A stretch of 63,391 bases of DNA, filler included, from Thraustochytrium aureum (taxonomy: Eukaryota), in NCBI GenBank assembly GCA_012862495.1. It is 7 parts of 6 records of this genome, joined end to end, with 100 filler letters (N's around TTAATTAATTAA, not from the genome) between each part and the next. Parts side by side here need not be neighbours in the genome. Positions count along the whole stretch, not along the records: positions 1 to 31,642 come from BLSG01000223.1; positions 31,743 to 38,747 come from BLSG01000224.1; 5 more parts are not named here. One strand, written 5' to 3'. Below, one piece after another: positions 24,882-35,275 of this stretch. The notes beneath the pieces were generated by a model. The model ran no database searches and was not told the origin of the DNA. It saw only the letters and a list, made by a program, of their open reading frames with translations. Position 1 is the stretch's first letter; every line of letters starts with the position of its first letter. The position numbers and the translations under genes are program-made.

Positions 24882-25994
24882 NNNNNNNNNNNNNNNNNNN
24901 NNNNNNNNNNNNNNNNNNNNNNNNNNNNNNNNNNNNNNNNNNNNNNNNNNNNNNNNNNNNNNNNNNNNNNNNNNNNNNNNNNNNNNNNNNNNNNNNNNNN
25001 NNNNNNNNNNNNNNNNNNNNNNNNNNNNNNNNNNNNNNNNNNNNNNNNNNNNNNNNNNNNNNNNNNNNNNNNNNNNNNNNNNNNNNNNNNNNNNNNNNNN
25101 NNNNNNNNNNNNNNNNNNNNNNNNNNNNNNNNNNNNNNNNNNNNNNNNNNNNNNNNNNNNNNNNNNNNNNNNNNNNNNNNNNNNNNNNNNNNNNNNNNNN
25201 NNNNNNNNNNNNNNNNNNNNNNNNNNNNNNNNNNNNNNNNNNNNNNNNNNNNNNNNNNNNNNNNNNNNNNNNNNNNNNNNNNNNNNNNNNNNNNNNNNNN
25301 NNNNNNNNNNNNNNNNNNNNNNNNNNNNNNNNNNNNNNNNNNNNNNNNNNNNNNNNNNNNNNNNNNNNNNNNNNNNNNNNNNNNNNNNNNNNNNNNNNNN
25401 NNNNNNNNNNNNNNNNNNNNNNNNNNNNNNNNNNNNNNNNNNNNNNNNNNNNNNNNNNNNNNNNNNNNNNNNNNNNNNNNNNNNNNNNNNNNNNNNNNNN
25501 NNNNNNNNNNNNNNNNNNNNNNNNNNNNNNNNNNNNNNNNNNNNNNNNNNNNNNNNNNNNNNNNNNNNNNNNNNNNNNNNNNNNNNNNNNNNNNNNNNNN
25601 NNNNNNNNNNNNNNNNNNNNNNNNNNNNNNNNNNNNNNNNNNNNNNNNNNNNNNNNNNNNNNNNNNNNNNNNNNNNNNNNNNNNNNNNNNNNNNNNNNNN
25701 NNNNNNNNNNNNNNNNNNNNNNNNNNNNNNNNNNNNNNNNNNNNNNNNNNNNNNNNNNNNNNNNNNNNNNNNNNNNNNNNNNNNNNNNNNNNNNNNNNNN
25801 NNNNNNNNNNNNNNNNNNNCCCTTCCATCGGCGTGCCGGCGCCGCACTGGGGGGGCGCGAAGCTCGCTGGTCAAGTCGCGGCGGCTTGGACGCGCAGGTC
25901 GATCAAGTCCGCGACGCGTGCGATGGACGCGCGGGATGGCGTCGGAAGTGGTGGGTAGCGAGAGTGCGAACATGCGGTTTGTGCTGTGGGGCGG

Positions 25995-27404
25995 CTAGCG
26001 GAAGAGCGGGGCGCGGTCCAGCACCATGCTGCGGTAGACGAGGAGGTAGGTGAGCACGAAGGCGCCCAGGTGGCCCGCGACGGCCAGGGCCGTGAAACTG
26101 AGGTGGACGTTACGTCGGAAGGCGTCGACTGTGGCAATAGCGACGAGCTGGGCGATGGCGATCGGGCAGACAAGGATCACGGCGAGGAGCATGGCGCGGA
26201 TCGCAGTACGCGCGCGAAGGAAGGCACGCTCTGGGACCGACTGCTCGAGCGGGTCGCGCGACCGACCATGGCCCGAGCGCAGCGCGATGAGCGACTGAAG
26301 GTAGACGCCGCTCAAAAGGCCGTAGATGGTGATGATAGTGACCATGAAGAACACGATCACGGCTGCCATGAAGAGCAAGGCCACCGTGTCCCACAGGTCG
26401 GCGTCCTCCGGCTTGGCGATTGGGAGGATAAAGGTGGTGAGGACGATGCCGACGCCGGTCACCGTCGCCAAGAGCGCAGTCCACACGGGCACGAGGTCGG
26501 GGTATCGCACGAAGAGGCTGTTGACACCGAAGAGCGGTCCGTAGAAGCGCATCGACGGGAGGCTCTTGAACAGCATATTGCAGACTTGCCAGAGCCCGCA
26601 CAGCATGGTGAGCACGGCGAGCGTGAATGCAGCCATCTGGAGCAGATTGCAGTCCTTGCGGTAGATGGGCTCTGGCATGAGCATCATCACTTCATAGACG
26701 AAGGTGCTCAACCCGAACACCCAGAACAAGAAGAGCAGGCCGAACTGGCGGTAGGTGGCCTCCTGGATCTGCTTGAACTGCGTTTGCGAGCTGCGCGAGG
26801 GCCTGGAGGGGACACTGTTAGTGCGCTGCCGCGCTACGCCGCCATCCAAGCGCATGCGATTTGGGCTCTCCAGCGGCTGGATCCTCGAGGGTGTCACGGG
26901 GCTCGCGGGCGGTGTTGCCCTGGCAGGGCTTCGTGGCGCTGGCGCGTCCTGTGGCAGCGGGGCCTGTGTGACTGATTGCCGCCCTTTGAACTCGCTGTCG
27001 CTGCTCAGTCCGTATTGGAAGGAATCAGTCCCGACTGTTACGACAGTGTCTTGGATGTTCGCCGCGGCGTCCTCGAATGCGGACCGCGACCTGGTCCTCT
27101 CACGGATTAGGCTTGTGCAGGACATCACCCTCAGCCAGAGGACAAACACGCCCCCGCGGCCCCGGCTCGTGTAGTACATGCCGATCCCGGCGCTCAGCAT
27201 CTGAACGACAGCCACAGCGGCCACGACGGCGTGGGCGGCGTTCCTGGCGTTTTGGCTGACGTGACAAGAGTTCCACTGGGCGAAGTCGTCGACGCCGTCG
27301 AACCCGGCCGGGCACTCGCAGAGCGCGGTCGTCGCATTGCACACACCCTTTACGCCAAGCAGCCAGGCGTCGCTCTCGCAGTCCTCGCCGCACGGGCCTG
27401 CCAT
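25995..27404 (-). CDS. Seven-TM membrane protein with N-terminal EGF-like Cys module
   Basis: C-x3-C...GVCNATTALCECPAGFDG...C at the N-terminus, followed by about seven hydrophobic segments and a long Ser/Pro/Arg-rich first loop. Confidence 0.7.
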   Translation of the reverse strand: MAGPCGEDCESDAWLLGVKGVCNATTALCECPAGFDGVDDFAQWNSCHVSQNARNAAHAVVAAVAVVQMLSAGIGMYYTSRGRGGVFVLWLRVMSCTSLIRERTRSRSAFEDAAANIQDTVVTVGTDSFQYGLSSDSEFKGRQSVTQAPLPQDAPAPRSPARATPPASPVTPSRIQPLESPNRMRLDGGVARQRTNSVPSRPSRSSQTQFKQIQEATYRQFGLLFLFWVFGLSTFVYEVMMLMPEPIYRKDCNLLQMAAFTLAVLTMLCGLWQVCNMLFKSLPSMRFYGPLFGVNSLFVRYPDLVPVWTALLATVTGVGIVLTTFILPIAKPEDADLWDTVALLFMAAVIVFFMVTIITIYGLLSGVYLQSLIALRSGHGRSRDPLEQSVPERAFLRARTAIRAMLLAVILVCPIAIAQLVAIATVDAFRRNVHLSFTALAVAGHLGAFVLTYLLVYRSMVLDRAPLFR

Positions 27405-28611
27405 CCCTGAGCGGCGGAGCCAGCCGAGTTTCAAACTCCTNNNNNNNNNNNNNNNNNNNNNNNNNNNNNNNNNNNNNNNNNNNNNNNNNNNNNNNNNNNN
27501 NNNNNNNNNNNNNNNNNNNNNNNNNNNNNNNNNNNNNNNNNNNNNNNNNNNNNNNNNNNNNNNNNNNNNNNNNNNNNNNNNNNNNNNNNNNNNNNNNNNN
27601 NNNNNNNNNNNNNNNNNNNNNNNNNNNNNNNNNNNNNNNNNNNNNNNNNNNNNNNNNNNNNNNNNNNNNNNNNNNNNNNNNNNNNNNNNNNNNNNNNNNN
27701 NNNNNNNNNNNNNNNNNNNNNNNNNNNNNNNNNNNNNNNNNNNNNNNNNNNNNNNNNNNNNNNNNNNNNNNNNNNNNNNNNNNNNNNNNNNNNNNNNNNN
27801 NNNNNNNNNNNNNNNNNNNNNNNNNNNNNNNNNNNNNNNNNNNNNNNNNNNNNNNNNNNNNNNNNNNNNNNNNNNNNNNNNNNNNNNNNNNNNNNNNNNN
27901 NNNNNNNNNNNNNNNNNNNNNNNNNNNNNNNNNNNNNNNNNNNNNNNNNNNNNNNNNNNNNNNNNNNNNNNNNNNNNNNNNNNNNNNNNNNNNNNNNNNN
28001 NNNNNNNNNNNNNNNNNNNNNNNNNNNNNNNNNNNNNNNNNNNNNNNNNNNNNNNNNNNNNNNNNNNNNNNNNNNNNNNNNNNNNNNNNNNNNNNNNNNN
28101 NNNNNNNNNNNNNNNNNNNNNNNNNNNNNNNNNNNNNNNNNNNNNNNNNNNNNNNNNNNNNNNNNNNNNNNNNNNNNNNNNNNNNNNNNNNNNNNNNNNN
28201 NNNNNNNNNNNNNNNNNNNNNNNNNNNNNNNNNNNNNNNNNNNNNNNNNNNNNNNNNNNNNNNNNNNNNNNNNNNNNNNNNNNNNNNNNNNNNNNNNNNN
28301 NNNNNNNNNNNNNNNNNNNNNNNNNNNNNNNNNNNNNNNNNNNNNNNNNNNNNNNNNNNNNNNNNNNNNNNNNNNNNNNNNNNNNNNNNNNNNNNNNNNN
28401 NNNNNNNGCATTCTATGTGGCACTCGCAGGCCGAGCGCTGTGGGAGAGGCGGCACGTGTCGACCGATCCTCAACGGAGGCAGACAGCGGCAGCGGCTCCT
28501 CCTGGCGTGAGCGTGATTGCGCCACTGGGTTGTACAAAGCGAAACTTCAGATTTTGGCCTGGTGCGAGGTTTGGTTTGGACGAGAGCGCTGCGGCGAGCG
28601 TCTTCTAGGTA

Positions 28612-29640
28612 CTACTCCTTGAAGTTGTCGTCGTCGTCGTCTGCGTCGTCGTCGTCGCCGTTGTGGTAGCTGTGCACGCTGCCTGTGGACGTGAAACGCG
28701 CCGCAGAGGCAAGCGCGTTGCGCGAAGGGTCGAGGTTGAACACCTGTTTGTAGAGCAAGGTCACCTGCTCGACCGAGAGCAAGATGATCATCGCATGCGG
28801 GGCGCAGCGGCCGTAGTAGGCGCCAAAGCCGGTCCAGAGCGCGAAGAAACCCTCCTTGCGCAAGATCTGCGAGGCGCAGTCTGCAACGCCCCGGTACGCC
28901 TTGAGCCCGGTGGCGGGGTCGATGCGCGCGTTTTGCAGGCGGGACTTGATCATGTCGAACGGGAGCGAGAGGAAGGCGCAGCAAAACCCCGCCACGGCGC
29001 TCGAGGCCAGACGGGTCTGGAGCGAGTCCGGGTCCTTGGTGACCTTGACGATGGCCTGCTTGGCCTCGTCGTAGCAGGCGAGCATGCCCACGTTCATGCT
29101 CATGCCCCGCAAGATGTTTGGCATCAGGCCGCTCCAGAGCCCACGCAGGCCCTCGCTCCGGCCGATGCGCATCAGCGCGTCAAACACGTTGCGGTAGTTG
29201 CGGCGGTCTGCGAGAGCTTTGGACCCGTCCGATTGCATCCGGACCAGCGCGACGTCAAAGGGCGTGCCGATGCAGACGGCGATGGCGCCGCTCGCGAGCC
29301 CAGACATGGTCTTCTGCCAGAAGGGGATCTCCTGCCCGCCGTTGATTTCGACGAGCTTGTTCGAGAACGAGCGGTGGAGCCCGATGCGCGCCGTGCCGTA
29401 CGTGGCCTGCCGCGTCAGCGCAGCGGTGAGGCCCGAGTAGAGGCCGGTGACGCCCTCGGCCTGGACCGTGCTGCGCAGGATGTTGAGCGTCGTGGGCTTT
29501 GCCTGCCCTGGCGCGAGGCTCTCGCCGGCGAGCTGCAGGCGCACCTTGGTCAAGTCGATGGGATGAATCACGGTGGACGCGATGCACGCAGCCACGCCGC
29601 CGCACACGAACGGCTGCACCGCCTCGGCTATTGATGCCAT
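28612..29640 (-). CDS. Mitochondrial carrier, 2-oxoglutarate/malate or dicarboxylate-tricarboxylate carrier type
   Basis: Three Px[DE]xx[KR]xR signatures (PIDLTKVRLQ, PFDVALVRMQ, PFDMIKSRLQ), plus RQATYGTARIG and RRNYRNVFDAL. Confidence 0.92.
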   Translation of the reverse strand: MASIAEAVQPFVCGGVAACIASTVIHPIDLTKVRLQLAGESLAPGQAKPTTLNILRSTVQAEGVTGLYSGLTAALTRQATYGTARIGLHRSFSNKLVEINGGQEIPFWQKTMSGLASGAIAVCIGTPFDVALVRMQSDGSKALADRRNYRNVFDALMRIGRSEGLRGLWSGLMPNILRGMSMNVGMLACYDEAKQAIVKVTKDPDSLQTRLASSAVAGFCCAFLSLPFDMIKSRLQNARIDPATGLKAYRGVADCASQILRKEGFFALWTGFGAYYGRCAPHAMIILLSVEQVTLLYKQVFNLDPSRNALASAARFTSTGSVHSYHNGDDDDADDDDDNFKE

Positions 29641-30441
29641 CTTGGCCTCGTCTGCCTGGCGATCTTGAGCATTTTTTCACCGAGCAAGACGGCCCTCGCT
29701 CTCACGTCAGCGCTCGCCGCCCGCCTTNNNNNNNNNNNNNNNNNNNNNNNNNNNNNNNNNNNNNNNNNNNNNNNNNNNNNNNNNNNNNNNNNNNNNNNNN
29801 NNNNNNNNNNNNNNNNNNNNNNNNNNNNNNNNNNNNNNNNNNNNNNNNNNNNNNNNNNNNNNNNNNNNNNNNNNNNNNNNNNNNNNNNNNNNNNNNNNNN
29901 NNNNNNNNNNNNNNNNNNNNNNNNNNNNNNNNNNNNNNNNNNNNNNNNNNNNNNNNNNNNNNNNNNNNNNNNNNNNNNNNNNNNNNNNNNNNNNNNNNNN
30001 NNNNNNNNNNNNNNNNNNNNNNNNNNNNNNNNNNNNNNNNNNNNNNNNNNNNNNNNNNNNNNNNNNNNNNNNNNNNNNNNNNNNNNNNNNNNNNNNNNNN
30101 NNNNNNNNNNNNNNNNNNNNNNNNNNNNNNNNNNNNNNNNNNNNNNNNNNNNNNNNNNNNNNNNNNNNNNNNNNNNNNNNNNNNNNNNNNNNNNNNNNNN
30201 NNNNNNNNNNNNNNNNNNNNNNNNNNNNNNNNNNNNNNNNNNNNNNNNNNNNNNNNNNNNNNNNNNNNNNNNNNNNNNNNNNNNNNNNNNNNNNNNNNNN
30301 NNNNNNNNNNNNNNNNNNNNNNNNNNNNNNNNNNNNNNNNNNNNNNNNNNNNNNNNNNNNNNNNNNNNNNNNNNNNNNNNNNNNNNNNNNNNNGACGGCG
30401 GGTCAGCGGCCGCCCTGCGCGCGCAGGGCGGCCAGCCCGAG

Positions 30442-31206
30442 ATGGCCGTGATGTCCTGGGCGAGGGCGGGGTTGCACCTCGTGGCTGTGCTGCTGGTGCT
30501 GTGCGGCGACTGCCCCTCGTCGACGCTGCACGGCGTGACGGCGCTGCGGCTGCGGCAAAAAGGCACGCTGGAACTCGGTGACGGGACGTTGGCACCGCGG
30601 CCTGGCGCTGCTGTGCGGCTCATCGATTTGAAAGAAGTCGGGCTCGCGGGGGTTGGGTTGCCCAGGCAACCGCACGACCCGCCGTCAGACGCTCTGCAGT
30701 TTCACGGGGCGGCAACTCGCGAGCGCCAAGGCGCCGACCCAAGCCCATCGCCACTAGATGGGCCAGCACAGCTCTCCGAGATCGGCCTGGACCTAGACAG
30801 CCGCTCTGCTCTTGCGGGGGGCGGGGGCAAGGTTGTGGACCGCACGGCGCGCGGAGGCTGGCACTACCGAGGGCGGGACTCCTCACTCGACGACGGTGAT
30901 TATCATCACGGTCGTCGTGCTGGTTGCCTCCTTGGCGCTGCTGGCCTTGTTTTCTTTTTGAAATGCCGTGACGGCAAGAAGGACGAGTCAGAGTACGAGC
31001 GGAGCGTCGAGGAGCGCAAACGGCGGCATGAGGCGCGCCAACCCGGTGCTTCAATCGCCAAGCAAACCAGCGGCGGCGGCGAAAGCTACAGCGGTGACTC
31101 TGGCGCGGACACGCCTGCAGAATTTGAGGTTCCAGACGACGTCCTCCGCGAAATCGCCAAACGGGAGGCTTTGCGCAAGCTCCGTTCAAGCGGACTCATT
31201 CACTGA
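30442..31206 (+). CDS. Hypothetical single-pass (type I) membrane protein; two compensating frameshifts near 30850 and 30927
   Basis: Signal-like ARAGLHLVAVLLVLCG. An alternative frame at 30851-30927 gives TTVIIITVVVLVA, continuous with LLGAAGLVFFL and a charged cytosolic tail. Confidence 0.5.
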   Translation: MAVMSWARAGLHLVAVLLVLCGDCPSSTLHGVTALRLRQKGTLELGDGTLAPRPGAAVRLIDLKEVGLAGVGLPRQPHDPPSDALQFHGAATRERQGADPSPSPLDGPAQLSEIGLDLDSRSALAGGGGKVVDRTARGGWHYRGRDSSLDDGDYHHGRRAGCLLGAAGLVFFLKCRDGKKDESEYERSVEERKRRHEARQPGASIAKQTSGGGESYSGDSGADTPAEFEVPDDVLREIAKREALRKLRSSGLIH

Positions 31207-31642
31207 CTGACAGCCCCAGCGCAGCGCGATGGGGCCGGCCATTTTGTGGTAGAACGCGTCGTGGACTCTAGCGCAATTGATCAACCATGCTAAAGTGCTT
31301 CTGCCCTCTGGCACCAGGTCTGCGTCGCGCAGCTGCGAACCGTTTTGCACAACTTGCAAAGTTGACGCGCGGGCGCGCTGTGCTCCCCAACGCCGCAAGC
31401 AAGCAAGCAAAAGCATTATCGAGCAGCAATCCCGACAGCCGCTCTGCCTGCTGCAAAAGGGCGCCCCCTCCTCCGATGCCGAAGCCCGCGCAGCACCAGC
31501 AGCAACCGCCTCGTCGTGATCATGTCACACACTTGCCCGCCCTCGTCACGGCATCTTGAAAAACAAGATCAAGATCAACCCGTCTCAGTCCCTCCACGCC
31601 TCACCCTAACCCGCCCGAGCCACCCTGCCCCAACCTAGGGTA

Positions 31643-31742
31643 NNNNNNNNNNNNNNNNNNNNNNNNNNNNNNNNNNNNNNNNNNNNTTAATTAATTAANN
31701 NNNNNNNNNNNNNNNNNNNNNNNNNNNNNNNNNNNNNNNNNN
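31643..31742. other. Artificial scaffold-joining spacer N44-TTAATTAATTAA-N44
   Basis: TTAATTAATTAA at 31687-31698 (stops in all six frames) flanked by 44 N on each side. Confidence 0.97.
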
Positions 31743-32251
31743 CGGACCCGCCCATCCCGAAGATCATGCACGACCGCGCGAACAAGATTTTCACCTGGTA
31801 CGAGAATCTCGCGCTCCTCCTCGCTGCCGTGCTGCAAGAGTCGGACAAGAACCCGTTCAAGGCCATGCTGGACCTTTTCAACCGCGTCGCCGGCCCTGAC
31901 AAGGACCGCCCGCATCGCGACCGGAGCTCGTTGCGCAAGCGCCTGCAAAAGCTCCTTCACGCCGAGAAGCTCACGGCCAACTGGCCCGTCGCGCGCCGCG
32001 CCGCAGCCAACCTATTCGTCAACACGGTGCGCGACCTCAGCGGGGAGGCCGACGTGGGCGTCAGGGATGATCTGATAAAGGCCAAGGAGTGGGTCGAGGA
32101 AATATACGTCGACCTGGAGCCCAAGGTGGCCGCGGTCAGGAACAAGAAACCCGGGAATGGAATGAGCGGTTTGCTGGCTTCTTGCAGCCCGCTAGTTGCG
32201 CTGCGCCAGTTCGCTCGCCGGGTTTTGGCGACCCTTACATACAATAAATAG
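31743..32251 (+). CDS. Hypothetical protein, 5'-partial
   Basis: Frame open from the scaffold edge with GC3-rich codons and helical-looking sequence. No family recognised. Confidence 0.45.
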
Positions 32252-32524
32252 GACAATGAAAGATGGACAATGAAATCAAGCTTTTAAAAGTTCCTGCGCT
32301 CTCTGGCAAGGGCCCTCTGGCGGATGGGGTGCGCCAGCGCCGCCGGGATTCCTCGGCTGCTCCGTGATCAGCAGAGGTGCGTCAGTCCGGTGTGTCCGAC
32401 TCTGCTCACGGCGATGAGAGTCCTCCCGCCAATCTGACAGATTGCGTCCACGGCGGCGGAATAGGCGTCGCCGCTGCGACAGAACAGGATCCAATGCGTG
32501 GCGAGCCGCTCTCAACAACGGGTG

Positions 32525-32962
32525 TCAGCGGTCCGCGTCCGCGCGCTCAAGCGGGCTCGGGGCGTGGCGCAACTGCCGATCAATCTGCTCTGCCGTCAAG
32601 CTGCCCGCCATGGCCTCGAAATCTCGGTTAAACACTGACCAGGTACTCAGCGTGCCCGGCGCCCGCGTCCCGAGATTGGTCAGCATCAAATAGAACGCTG
32701 TTCCAATCGCCCACAAAACGTGCGCTCCAAAATCGCCGCCCACCTCGACGAGAAAACGCGCCACAACCCACCACGCGACGACGAGCCAAAACGCCCGCGA
32801 TTCAACGACGCCACGCAACGTCAAGCTGGGCAGCTCGTCGCCCTCATCGTCGGGGCCCGCGCGTTTCCGCACCGCACTGCTCTGGCGGGCAGCACCGGCC
32901 GCATCCTCGCCGTCCGACTCGGCGTCGATCCAGCGCGGGCCTTTCAGCGGTCCATGCGCCAT
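32525..32962 (-). CDS. SAYSD1: SAYSvFN-domain membrane protein
   Basis: Hydrophobic hairpin followed by NLGTRAPGTLSTWSVFNRDFEAMAGSLTAEQIDRQLR, matching the family pattern LG...GELSAYSVFN....I.GTLTAEQFE.ELR. Confidence 0.8.
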   Translation of the reverse strand: MAHGPLKGPRWIDAESDGEDAAGAARQSSAVRKRAGPDDEGDELPSLTLRGVVESRAFWLVVAWWVVARFLVEVGGDFGAHVLWAIGTAFYLMLTNLGTRAPGTLSTWSVFNRDFEAMAGSLTAEQIDRQLRHAPSPLERADADR

Positions 32963-34085
32963 CGAAACACGCCGGCGCCCGCGAACGCCGCGCTCCCGAG
33001 CNNNNNNNNNNNNNNNNNNNNNNNNNNNNNNNNNNNNNNNNNNNNNNNNNNNNNNNNNNNNNNNNNNNNNNNNNNNNNNNNNNNNNNNNNNNNNNNNNNN
33101 NNNNNNNNNNNNNNNNNNNNNNNNNNNNNNNNNNNNNNNNNNNNNNNNNNNNNNNNNNNNNNNNNNNNNNNNNNNNNNNNNNNNNNNNNNNNNNNNNNNN
33201 NNNNNNNNNNNNNNNNNNNNNNNNNNNNNNNNNNNNNNNNNNNNNNNNNNNNNNNNNNNNNNNNNNNNNNNNNNNNNNNNNNNNNNNNNNNNNNNNNNNN
33301 NNNNNNNNNNNNNNNNNNNNNNNNNNNNNNNNNNNNNNNNNNNNNNNNNNNNNNNNNNNNNNNNNNNNNNNNNNNNNNNNNNNNNNNNNNNNNNNNNNNN
33401 NNNNNNNNNNNNNNNNNNNNNNNNNNNNNNNNNNNNNNNNNNNNNNNNNNNNNNNNNNNNNNNNNNNNNNNNNNNNNNNNNNNNNNNNNNNNNNNNNNNN
33501 NNNNNNNNNNNNNNNNNNNNNNNNNNNNNNNNNNNNNNNNNNNNNNNNNNNNNNNNNNNNNNNNNNNNNNNNNNNNNNNNNNNNNNNNNNNNNNNNNNNN
33601 NNNNNNNNNNNNNNNNNNNNNNNNNNNNNNNNNNNNNNNNNNNNNNNNNNNNNNNNNNNNNNNNNNNNNNNNNNNNNNNNNNNNNNNNNNNNNNNNNNNN
33701 NNNNNNNNNCGACGACGACCTTGGCGCACGACGACCTACAGGACGAAGACGACGACTGGCAAGACGACCTGCAGGACGACGACGGCCACGGAGTACGACG
33801 ACGTGCGTGTACAACGACTTGCGCAACGATGACCTGCTCGGCCACGTCAAGGGCGCGTCGAGTACTCTTTGCTGCTCGAAGGAGCTATCATGCCATCGAG
33901 CGCCGCGGTCGCGGGCCGTGCAGTCGGCCATGTGGCTTGGGCCTCGAGGAACGTGCTTGGTGCGACAACAGAGATCGGTTTTCAATTGAAACATGGTGTA
34001 GGTAGATGGACGTCGCCGCGCACGCGCAAAGCGAGCTTGCTGGCAGAGTGAGCAGGCAGGGCGGCGGGCGGCGAGGGAGAGGCAG

Positions 34086-35236
34086 CTAGATGACCGCGTT
34101 GACCATCGCCTCACGGATGACGTCCAGCGACGGCTCGCGGCCAGGCTTGGCCTTGCCGATCTCCTTGGGCGCAGCCGGGAAGCAGAGGATCATAATGGAC
34201 ATGTTGTCCCCAGAGCTCTTCATCAAGCACTCGTCGAGGATCTTCTCGCAGACGGTGCCGATGCCGCACCCAAGCTTCATTGCTGCCATCACGAGCTGCG
34301 TGCACTCAAAGTTGGACATGACATCCCAGATCCCGTCGCAGGCGAGGATTACGTACTGGTCTTCGTTCGTTCGACCTGTTGGTTCATTGTGGTTGGGGCA
34401 AGCCAATCAATCGATTCAGTCAGTGACCGTCTCACACGGGAACGGCGTCACCAGCAAATCACCAGCAAGTCACCAGCAAACCACAAGCAAGCAACAAACG
34501 TACGGATGATGGTGGTCTCCGGGAGCACCGTGATCTGCTGCTTGGACGGCGGAAGGGAGGCGTCCAACTTGTACCTGTAGTCGCCAAAGGAGCGCGCGCT
34601 GGCGAGGTCGCCGTTGATTCGGTTGTCGGACACAGTGCCGCCAGCGGCCTCGACGCGCGCCACCTCCTCCGGGTCGGTGGGCTTTTGGTCCTTGGTCCCA
34701 AACTTGGCCTTGTTGCCCGAGAAGAGCACCGCGCGGCTGTCCCCGGTGTTGGCGAACACAATGTGGTGCTCGGTCAGCATGCAGGCCACGCCAGTCGAGC
34801 CGCTAAAGTCCTGGCCAGACCGGACCTGCGGCATTTCCTTGAGGGTCTCGTCCAGTCGATAAAGCCCTCCATCATCGCCTTGGCCAGCGCCGTGGCCCAG
34901 GTTTTTCCGGGTCGCGGTCGTTCGACTTGACATAGCCCTGGTATGCGTCGGCGCTTTCGATGTGGCTCAGCACCTTGCTGGCCACCTGCTTGGCAATGAG
35001 GTCGCCGCCGTGCCCGTCAAACACGCCGAAAAACCCGATGTTCGGGTCAGACCTGATCGGCAGCTGATGTGCGTGCGCGTCCTCCATGGTGACCCGCCAC
35101 CCTTGCATCGAGCTCAGCGCCCACCGGAGCTCCTTGGTGCCAATCTTGCCCTTGCCGACCAGCGTGTGCTTCTTCGTGATGGGTTGCTGCAAGTACGGGC
35201 TCTGCGCCTCCGCGCCATACTGTTCAGGAAGGCCTT

Positions 35237-35240
<4 letters not shown>
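34086..35240 (-). CDS. Protein phosphatase 2C (PPM1A/B-like); one intron, homopolymer frameshifts at 34855-34905
   Basis: YLQQPITKK, SSMQGWRVTMEDAH, FGVFDGHGG, SGST, ANTGDSR, RINGDLASARSFGD, ILACDGIWDV, SGDNMS. Confidence 0.93.
34376..34503 (-). other. Spliceosomal intron (128 nt) in the PP2C gene
   Basis: GTACGT donor and AACAG acceptor with a CTGAC branch-like sequence. Splicing gives ...PETTII-R-RTNEDQYVILACDG in frame. Confidence 0.85.

Positions 35241-35275
<35 letters not shown>
35241..35275. repeat. (CCTG)n tetranucleotide microsatellite immediately 5' of the PP2C ATG
   Basis: About 8 copies read directly. Confidence 0.9.

Noticed and set aside
25986..26975. Long antisense ORFs (also 28663-29634, 47427-48662, 59343-60590, 13537-14682)
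   Set aside because: Shadow ORFs opposite real genes, caused by high GC3; no domain signal.
31600..31642. CCCTAACCC near a scaffold end as a telomere
   Set aside because: Single unit only, not a tandem array.
31687..31698. Repeated TTAATTAATTAA as a biological repeat or piggyBac TTAA target site
   Set aside because: Always centred in N runs at scaffold ends and encodes stops in all six frames; it is an assembly linker.
33710..33850. GAC-rich acidic reading frame (HDDLQDEDDDWQDD)
   Set aside because: Short, beside a gap, with inconsistent frames; cannot be supported as a gene.
24584..34114. ORFs that run through long N gaps
   Set aside because: Their length is an artefact of X translation.
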